Below, piece by piece: positions 25,668-32,000 of a DNA stretch of 32,000 nucleotides. Positions within the stretch are counted from its first letter, which is position 1; each line of letters begins with the position of its first letter. The stretch covers positions 46,279 through 78,278 of the forward strand of contig JAWOFX010000041.1 in NCBI GenBank assembly GCA_046497275.1, written 5' to 3'. Both the position numbers and the translations under genes were made by a program. The notes below the pieces were generated by a model. The model searched no databases, had not been told where the DNA came from, and saw only the letters and a program-made list of their open reading frames with translations. The stretch is from Promethearchaeia archaeon. Lineage in GTDB: Archaea; Asgardarchaeota; Lokiarchaeia; Sigyniarchaeales; SOKP01.

Positions 25668-26453
25668 TTACTCTATAGAATCAATCGCAGCAACAATATG
25701 CTTTCTTAAAATATCTTTATCAATTTCTGCTTTTAGTTCTAATAGCCTCCCATTTATATAAATCGCTCTGGAAATTCCATATCTTGTGCAAATAATTCTG
25801 TTATCTGCTGGATATTCATTTAATATGAGTTTATTTCCAAATTCTTTTATAACAGAACGCACTCTTTCTGCCTCTATGGCACTTGTCTGACAGAAGGTAT
25901 TGTAGAATAAATCAATAACCACTCTATTCTTTATTTCTTTAAATGAGTAATTTTTTTCTATAAATTGGGGAAGTAATGCATTTTCATTGAATTTTTTCCA
26001 GAGAAGCAATTCAATATCCTTGCGCTGCGCAACTTCAAATCCTAAATGAATAAAATATTCAGCAGGCATAAACCAATTATCCCAATCCATAGCAGAGACT
26101 GCGATGCCATCTTTTTCTTGTTTTTTAGCCTCATTTTCCCCAGCTTCTATTAATGCTTTTCCAATATTGTGTCCTGAGAAATTTGAATGCGCTACCAAAC
26201 AAGGGATGAAGAACAGGTTTTCTCCTTGGATTTCCCACGGAGAGATTTCAATTGGGAAAAGATAAATAAATCCAGCATATTGATCATCAAAAAGAGCCAC
26301 TTTTATCTTTAGTCCTGATTTCTTCATCTTTCTAAAATATTCAATTCTCTCTTTCGCACATTTTTCTATTTCTTCATTTTTTTCTCCAACATGGGTACAT
26401 GTTCCAACATACCACTCATCTTCTTTAGTCATATCCCGTATTTGTAAACCCAT
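25668..26453 (-). CDS. GNAT acetyltransferase with C-terminal thioredoxin-like domain
   Basis: Acetyl-CoA motif FSGHNIGKALIEAGE, YFIHLGFE. C-terminal VIDLFYNTFCQTS...YGISRAIYING. Confidence 0.78.
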   Translation of the reverse strand: MGLQIRDMTKEDEWYVGTCTHVGEKNEEIEKCAKERIEYFRKMKKSGLKIKVALFDDQYAGFIYLFPIEISPWEIQGENLFFIPCLVAHSNFSGHNIGKALIEAGENEAKKQEKDGIAVSAMDWDNWFMPAEYFIHLGFEVAQRKDIELLLWKKFNENALLPQFIEKNYSFKEIKNRVVIDLFYNTFCQTSAIEAERVRSVIKEFGNKLILNEYPADNRIICTRYGISRAIYINGRLLELKAEIDKDILRKHIVAAIDSIE

Positions 26454-26551
26454 TTGAATTAAACCTCAATTAAAAAGTCATATTCTATATTTCATTGCTT
26501 TATAAAATTGTAATTATAAAATTTTATAATAAAAAAAATCGAATATATCAT

Positions 26552-27136
26552 CTATTTCTTCATAGCTTCTGTAAAAACTTTTTCTTCACTAATTACTTGC
26601 CACGTTCTCCACCCATTTGCGATTTTCTCTTTTGCTTGTTCAATAAAGTTGTTATATCCGATTTCACGGCATCTTTTTAAATTGTTAATATTATCTCTAT
26701 TGTATCTTTTACAGATTAGTTCCATCATAGAGCCCTTGTCTGCCATTGGCATGGGACTCGGATTGATATGCGGACAAGAGTTATCAGATTCAGGATCAAA
26801 ATCCTCACATTCAGCACATGTCCAATATCCTTTTGATTTCACACATTTCGCAATTCCACAAATACTTGAGGGTCCGCCCCCTAAAAAACATCCGGGACAC
26901 TTTCCTCTTCCTTCACTTTCAATATATTTTTTCAATGTTTTTAGAGTCTCTTCAATTCCTTTCATTCCAAAGAGAGGACCAGTATCTTCCATATTGCTTC
27001 CTTTCCAGATTTCGTATAGTTTTTTAGCTGCTTCCATTCCCTCTCCAAGATGGCTATCACAACCCGCACATAAAATTCCACATGGTGCTAACACACGTCT
27101 ATCCTCTTCCTTTACGTCATCTAATTTTAAGGTCAT
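26552..27136 (-). CDS. DUF3795 Cys-rich (metal/Fe-S-binding) protein
   Basis: APCGILCAGC, CPGC, CGIAKC..KGYWTCAECEDF...C. ATG 27136 or TTG 27139. Confidence 0.8.
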   Translation of the reverse strand: MTLKLDDVKEEDRRVLAPCGILCAGCDSHLGEGMEAAKKLYEIWKGSNMEDTGPLFGMKGIEETLKTLKKYIESEGRGKCPGCFLGGGPSSICGIAKCVKSKGYWTCAECEDFDPESDNSCPHINPSPMPMADKGSMMELICKRYNRDNINNLKRCREIGYNNFIEQAKEKIANGWRTWQVISEEKVFTEAMKK

Positions 27137-27368
27137 CAAAATCTTCTTAATAATTCCTTTTTATTATTCACAAATATAATTTATCTGTATTTTAGTTTTA
27201 CTGTCTTATCTATAGGTAGAGGATTCAGTAAAAATTGGATTGATAAAAAAATTTCTTGATCGATATTCTATCAATTTCTAGTTTTGACAATCTATTTGCC
27301 TTTGATTTATAATAATCACGATGTTTTAATATAGAGAATTATTTGTATTTTTGAAGGTTTTATAAAAT

Positions 27369-28376
27369 ATGAAAATTTTAGATGATGAGAAATTTATCAG
27401 AAATGTGGAAAACTTAATTGACCCAAAGGAAGTTAGCTATTTGTATTTCTACCAAAATTTCAAACGGTTAATACCTCGCTCCCTTTTTAAAAAGATGTTA
27501 AATAAGACTTCAAAAAAGACTCCCTACATGGGTTTTGTAATTGAACCTTATAGTCTGTTTTTATTCTTTAAGCTTAAAAATATCGAAAAAGCAAAATCAT
27601 TATTACCGGAACGTTATGAGTTGAAAAAGACCAGAATTTTTGCTGATGAAGAACCAGAACATTATTTGGGAATGGGGGTTTTCAATACCCGAGCCAGTAC
27701 TTTTTGGGGTTCTAGGTTAGAATCATATCTCGTTGCAGAAGACAAAGAAACTGGTCTTATCTCTTGGATTTTTATTGATATTCTGAGCAATACAATAATT
27801 GCTATCCCTTCAGAAGGAGTTGCAGATAGAAATAGTAAAAATGCCATATATACGACTAGCTCAAAGGGAGATATACTGCTGGATTTTAAAGAAGACAAAA
27901 CTGACCGACATATAACCTTAAAGGGTAATATTACCAATGGAAAAATGCGTAGCCTTGATCAACCTCTTTGGATATTAGGAAATTCATCCATCGGATATAG
28001 TAAACAACATTCAGATAATAAAAACGATGATACACTTGCCGTAATATTTGATCTTGCTGAAGTTGAAGAGGCTTTAGAAATTCCTATAGAGGATATTCAC
28101 TTAAAGTTTAATAATCTTTTTCCAGATTTAGCAGAGCCGGAATTATGCAAAGTCCTATGTTTCCCTTTCGCTCAGCACTATATCGCCGATAGTCCAGGCC
28201 GTCGCACCTATATCAAAAACACCAATGACATGATCGAGAACTATAACAAAATTGCGGATATGAAAGAAATGAAAACCTTTTCAACAAGAAATATAAAGAT
28301 AATGTTATTAATATCAATCGCTTTATTTATAGTAATCTTTATTACCCTAGTTATTCTATTGATTATTAATCTATGA
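27369..28376 (+). CDS. Hypothetical protein, acetoacetate-decarboxylase-like fold suspected, C-terminal TM anchor (paralog 1)
   Basis: PYMGFVIEPYSLFLFFK, AKSLLPERYEL, hydrophobic C-terminal tail. Confidence 0.8.
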   Translation: MKILDDEKFIRNVENLIDPKEVSYLYFYQNFKRLIPRSLFKKMLNKTSKKTPYMGFVIEPYSLFLFFKLKNIEKAKSLLPERYELKKTRIFADEEPEHYLGMGVFNTRASTFWGSRLESYLVAEDKETGLISWIFIDILSNTIIAIPSEGVADRNSKNAIYTTSSKGDILLDFKEDKTDRHITLKGNITNGKMRSLDQPLWILGNSSIGYSKQHSDNKNDDTLAVIFDLAEVEEALEIPIEDIHLKFNNLFPDLAEPELCKVLCFPFAQHYIADSPGRRTYIKNTNDMIENYNKIADMKEMKTFSTRNIKIMLLISIALFIVIFITLVILLIINL

Positions 28377-28411
28377 AGATAGATTTGAAAAAAAGTAGAA
28401 CGGTTATGTGA

Positions 28412-29425
28412 ATGAACGAAGAAGAGAAAAGGATGTTCATTAAAAAGATAGAATCTCTTGTAAAGCCTCAAGATGTAACTGCCATTAGTTTTTTAAGCAG
28501 TTTCAGTGAAGCTCTTCCTAAAAAAACACAACATAAATTTTCACAGAGTGGCAAGGGAAAAGTTCCTTTCATGGGATTTATAGTAGATCCCTATAGTTTA
28601 TTTCTATTTTTTAAAATAACAAATACTTCAGCAGCCCAAGAGATGCTCCCCGATGGATATGAACTAGCAGAAGCCTCAATTTTTAAGAATGATGCTAAGT
28701 TTCCTATGGCAATTGCAAGCGTATTTACCGCTCGAACCTCAGGATTTATAGGTATGCGAGTTGAGTTTTATATTATTGCTCGCAACAAAGAATCTGGGTT
28801 GCTGTCTTGGATCATCTGTGATTATGAAACGAATACTAACAGTTATGACCCAAAGAATGGATTTTGTGGATATACCTGCGATCCAGCCGTGTATACAACC
28901 ACATACTCTGGGGAGATATTGGTGGATGTTAAGAATCCAACTGAAAATAAAGAATTTGTTGTATTGGTTGATTTAGAAAAGGGGGATTCAAGGGAATTAG
29001 ACGAATCACTGTGGATTGAAGGAAATCTTGTTGTTGATTATGGCGGTGAGATAAAAAGTGAATTTTCAGAGCCTTTCAGCCTGATTTTTGACACAGATAT
29101 GGTGAAAGAAGCGGTAAACATACCTTTAGAACACGTTTCAATCAAGGCAAACTCCTATCTGAGTAATATTATTGATCCTCTTAAACCAGTAAACGCACTT
29201 ATCTTTCCTTATAGTCAGCACTTCTTTATTAAGCAAGACTTGCAAAAGTTTACGGTTAAAAATCAAAAGGACTTAGATGTTCAAATAAAGGCTTTCCTTA
29301 ATAGTAGTGGATTTAAAGTTATGTCAGGTGATGATATAAAAAAGCCCATTTATGCAATGATCTTAATTTCTTACCTAATACTTATTAGTATGAATGTAAT
29401 TTTACTAATACTCCTCTTACTATAA
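28412..29425 (+). CDS. Hypothetical protein, paralog 2 of 27369-28376, C-terminal TM anchor
   Basis: PFMGFIVDPYSLFLFFK, AQEMLPDGYEL. Colinear with paralog 1 along its whole length. Confidence 0.8.
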   Translation: MNEEEKRMFIKKIESLVKPQDVTAISFLSSFSEALPKKTQHKFSQSGKGKVPFMGFIVDPYSLFLFFKITNTSAAQEMLPDGYELAEASIFKNDAKFPMAIASVFTARTSGFIGMRVEFYIIARNKESGLLSWIICDYETNTNSYDPKNGFCGYTCDPAVYTTTYSGEILVDVKNPTENKEFVVLVDLEKGDSRELDESLWIEGNLVVDYGGEIKSEFSEPFSLIFDTDMVKEAVNIPLEHVSIKANSYLSNIIDPLKPVNALIFPYSQHFFIKQDLQKFTVKNQKDLDVQIKAFLNSSGFKVMSGDDIKKPIYAMILISYLILISMNVILLILLLL

Positions 29426-29439
29426 GTTTGAGTAAACCC

Positions 29440-31041
29440 TCATTTTTTATTTTTCATTAAATTTTTAGCAGCTGCTAGTCCTGTAAGAATCGCAATGGGT
29501 ACTCCGGAAGGACTATAGACCCATTGACCAGCTTGAAGCATATTTGGAATAGGGGTTTTCACAGATTTAGTCATTTTGAGAATACTTTGAACCACAGGGA
29601 CGGGATCTTCAAGTGTCCATCCTGTTATTGCTCCTTCAGAGCTTCCTACTCTTTTTGAAATACTAACAGGAGTTAAAGAGAAACGAAAGAGAATTTTATC
29701 CCTGATTATTGTGTATATGGATTTTGATAAAGTCTCTACCATGCGATTCTCGACTTCTTTTTTGAATTCTTCATACCATCCTCCCTCTTGAACCTTTTTC
29801 ATGAGATCGTATTCAAAGAGAATGCTAACTATTAATCCAGTCTTTCCTTTTGGAGCTAAACTAGGATCTCTAAGCCCTGGAATGGATATCTCATATGTAT
29901 TTAATTGGCAATAGTCGTCTAACCAACTCATAATGACTTCTTTGGGAGTGTTTTCAAAATTATCAATAATTTTTCTCAATCTAATCCAAGTTGATTCTCC
30001 TAAACCTTTTTTTGAGGGAGTGTAAAAAAAATGACCGTTCGAAATCGCTTGAAATGTCGCGAGAGGTTCGTCTATTCCTAAATATAAAGAAAAGACTGAA
30101 TCTCCACCACGATTCGATAGCAATTTATCTTTTTGTGTCGATATCTTGCGAGAAACTTTTTCCTTTAAATCATTGAATTTAAGAAATCGATATAAAGACT
30201 TCAAATCCGCGCACCAAATAAGATTTTCATAGTAAAACGTGTTTCCATCTACATCAGTTAATTTGTTTTCAGAAGGGATGATCTCATTTATCTTTGTACC
30301 ATATAAAATTGTTCCCCCCCAATCAATGATTTTTTGGGCGATAGCTTCGGGAAGTTTACCTGTACCCCCCTTTGGATAATAATAATCAAGGTAGGTGTGA
30401 AAATACCCTAAGGCAAAAAAGGTAGGCGTGCATTTGAAGAAATGTTGTGTTATTATATCGATAAGTGATTGGTTTGAAGTTATGTTTTTTAGAGTTTCTT
30501 CAACCGGATCCCTCCTTCGATTTATCCGGCGAATAGCCAGAAGGAACTTGCCAAGGTATGGAAGAAGTTCCTTAACAAGATAACCTAATTCGTGTCTCAT
30601 GTCTCTAAAAATCGGATTATCAATCTCATTTAGAATAGCCATATCTTTCAAAATTTTTTCAATTAACGAGAAAATTTTGGCAATCTCCTCGTTGTTATCG
30701 GGATACAGTTTTTCTATTAAGGACTGATATTCATATAAACTCTCGTTTGATGTGTAGTGTAAAATTTCATTCTCAATACCAATTGAAACCGGACTATTGA
30801 GGAGTTCAAGTGAAATTCCAAGATCATTTAACAATGGCAGTACGGCTCCAGAATTTTCAATTGATCTTGGACCTGTGTCAAAAACAAAACCATCTTTTTC
30901 GATTGAATTTACCAAGCCACCACAAGTTTCGTTCTTTTCAATTAGAAGAACATCCTGTTCCGCCCTAGATAAATAGGCTGCAGCGGTTAACCCTGCCATC
31001 CCTGCTCCTACAATAATAATCTCATGGTTTGTATTCGTCAT
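29440..31041 (-). CDS. FAD-dependent oxidoreductase, phytoene desaturase (CrtI)/retinol saturase superfamily
   Basis: IIIVGAGMAGLTAA, LIEK..CGG, GFVFDTGP, YPKGGTGKL, C-terminal PNMLQAGQWVYSPSGVP. Start placed at ATG 31041, which overlaps the SDR stop (ATGA). Confidence 0.88.
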   Translation of the reverse strand: MTNTNHEIIIVGAGMAGLTAAAYLSRAEQDVLLIEKNETCGGLVNSIEKDGFVFDTGPRSIENSGAVLPLLNDLGISLELLNSPVSIGIENEILHYTSNESLYEYQSLIEKLYPDNNEEIAKIFSLIEKILKDMAILNEIDNPIFRDMRHELGYLVKELLPYLGKFLLAIRRINRRRDPVEETLKNITSNQSLIDIITQHFFKCTPTFFALGYFHTYLDYYYPKGGTGKLPEAIAQKIIDWGGTILYGTKINEIIPSENKLTDVDGNTFYYENLIWCADLKSLYRFLKFNDLKEKVSRKISTQKDKLLSNRGGDSVFSLYLGIDEPLATFQAISNGHFFYTPSKKGLGESTWIRLRKIIDNFENTPKEVIMSWLDDYCQLNTYEISIPGLRDPSLAPKGKTGLIVSILFEYDLMKKVQEGGWYEEFKKEVENRMVETLSKSIYTIIRDKILFRFSLTPVSISKRVGSSEGAITGWTLEDPVPVVQSILKMTKSVKTPIPNMLQAGQWVYSPSGVPIAILTGLAAAKNLMKNKK

Positions 31042-31976
31042 GCTAACCCGCCTAATTTTACACTTAAATCCCACAGCTCTTCCGCAACTTCTCGGTCCAA
31101 GGCAGGAGGTGCAGGCTCTTCTTTGTAAGTAAGGTTGAAATACTTCCCACTCACACCCTCAATATCCTTCGAAACTCCAAGATAGTATAAGGCTTTAGCG
31201 GATATCCTTGGTGATCTGTAAGAAGGTTCGATGAAAACTCTCTGGAATAATCCATCACTTTCTTCTCCCATGTTGGTTTTTACATTACCAGGATGCATTG
31301 CGTTAATCGTCACGCCACTTTTTTGGAAGTATTCATTAAATTTGATCATTGTCAGAAGTTGAGCAGTTTTTGCCGATCCGTAACTTTTAAGTCCAGAATA
31401 GCGGCGCTTCACCCAGTTGAGATCATCTAATTTCAAACCAAGAATAGCAAAACGGTGTCCCTCAGAATTTACTAATATTATCCTGCATTTTTCCTGGGCT
31501 TTAAGTTTATCCTTTAAAATATAAGTTAAGATAAAGGAACCGAGATGATCTACTTGAAAAACCATCTCAAGACCATCATCAGAGATCGTTCTCTCTGGTA
31601 AATAGACGCCTGCATTATGAATGAACACATCGATATTCAGATCGGATTTTGCAAGTTCTTCACCGACTTTCTTAACTTCGGAAATATGGGCAAAATCTGC
31701 AAGCATGTAATCGAATTCTACGTCAAAATCTCGGTTGATTTCTTTGCGCAGATTTAACGTTTTTTGCTTATTTCGATTAATGGTTAGTAAATTAGCTCCG
31801 TGTGAAGCGTATTCTCGAGCTGTTGCGTATCCGATTCCGGATGTGGCACCAGTTATAGCCACTAAACGTCCATTAAAATCATCTTGACATTCCAATGGCT
31901 CTGCTTTACTATTGCGAACCATTGCCATAATATTTGATACCGTGTACTTTTTCAAGTATTTAAACAATTTATTCAC
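31038..31976 (-). CDS. Short-chain dehydrogenase/reductase (retinol dehydrogenase/WWOX-like subgroup)
   Basis: TGATSGIG, HNAG, VNSEGH, YGSAK (YxxxK), HPGNVKT. GTG start; the frame stays open to the window edge. Confidence 0.9.
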   Translation of the reverse strand: MNKLFKYLKKYTVSNIMAMVRNSKAEPLECQDDFNGRLVAITGATSGIGYATAREYASHGANLLTINRNKQKTLNLRKEINRDFDVEFDYMLADFAHISEVKKVGEELAKSDLNIDVFIHNAGVYLPERTISDDGLEMVFQVDHLGSFILTYILKDKLKAQEKCRIILVNSEGHRFAILGLKLDDLNWVKRRYSGLKSYGSAKTAQLLTMIKFNEYFQKSGVTINAMHPGNVKTNMGEESDGLFQRVFIEPSYRSPRISAKALYYLGVSKDIEGVSGKYFNLTYKEEPAPPALDREVAEELWDLSVKLGGLA

Positions 31977-32000
31977 CCAAACAATTTCCTCATGAACTTC

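Noticed and set aside
6415-30176. Remaining short ORF-track entries overlapping larger genes on the opposite strand or frame (e.g. 6415-6657, 7825-8019, 10179-10373, 11272-11505, 11984-12196, 12509-12787, 13728-13928, 14999-15433, 15922-16566, 20850-21173, 23140-23349, 24231-24425, 26495-27179, 27662-27937, 28241-28471, 28761-28976, 29991-30176)
   Set aside because: Shadow ORFs of well-supported genes with no independent motifs.
1-32000. tRNA/rRNA genes, CRISPR arrays, transposases, integrases, SECIS-dependent selenoproteins
   Set aside because: No GC-rich structured RNA segments, regularly spaced repeats, mobile-element motifs or in-frame TGA at catalytic Cys positions were seen by eye. tRNAscan-SE/Infernal would be needed for certainty.

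Overview
AT-rich archaeal window, most likely Asgard (Lokiarchaeia-like). This assignment is inferred from the archaeal-type CdhE, archaeal SD motifs (GAGGTGA), T-rich terminators and several lineage-typical hypothetical proteins. I found no rRNA, tRNA, CRISPR array or mobile element. Left end: an ORF of at least 1013 codons (1-3039, minus, missed by the ORF track because it runs off the window), a 38-aa peptide gene and a ThiF-type adenylyltransferase. Middle: cdhE, HAD phosphatase, SNAP/TPR-like protein, a ubiquitin-like MoaD/SAMP ending GGN (also missed), RNase Z, a coiled-coil protein, class II aldolase, nucleoside hydrolase and an FtsX/MacB-type ABC transporter. Then a redox/cofactor block: corrinoid protein, tusA-dsrE-iscS-iscU, AhpD-like, DUF302, desulforedoxin (missed), superoxide reductase, LarA-family and half-ferritin. 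Right end: GmhB-like phosphatase, double Zn-finger, GNAT, DUF3795, two tail-anchored paralogs, a CrtI-like oxidoreductase and an SDR. Two candidate new systems stand out. (1) A tusA-dsrE-iscS-iscU operon in which IscS has Asp instead of the PLP lysine and IscU is fused to a degenerate thioredoxin-reductase NADPH domain, suggesting desulfurase-independent Fe-S assembly fed by sulfur carriers. (2) A ThiF enzyme plus a signal-peptide-like, Cys-containing 38-aa precursor beside a giant modular putative regulator, suggesting an archaeal RiPP or peptide-signalling locus. All family assignments come from motif recognition by eye; no searches were run.
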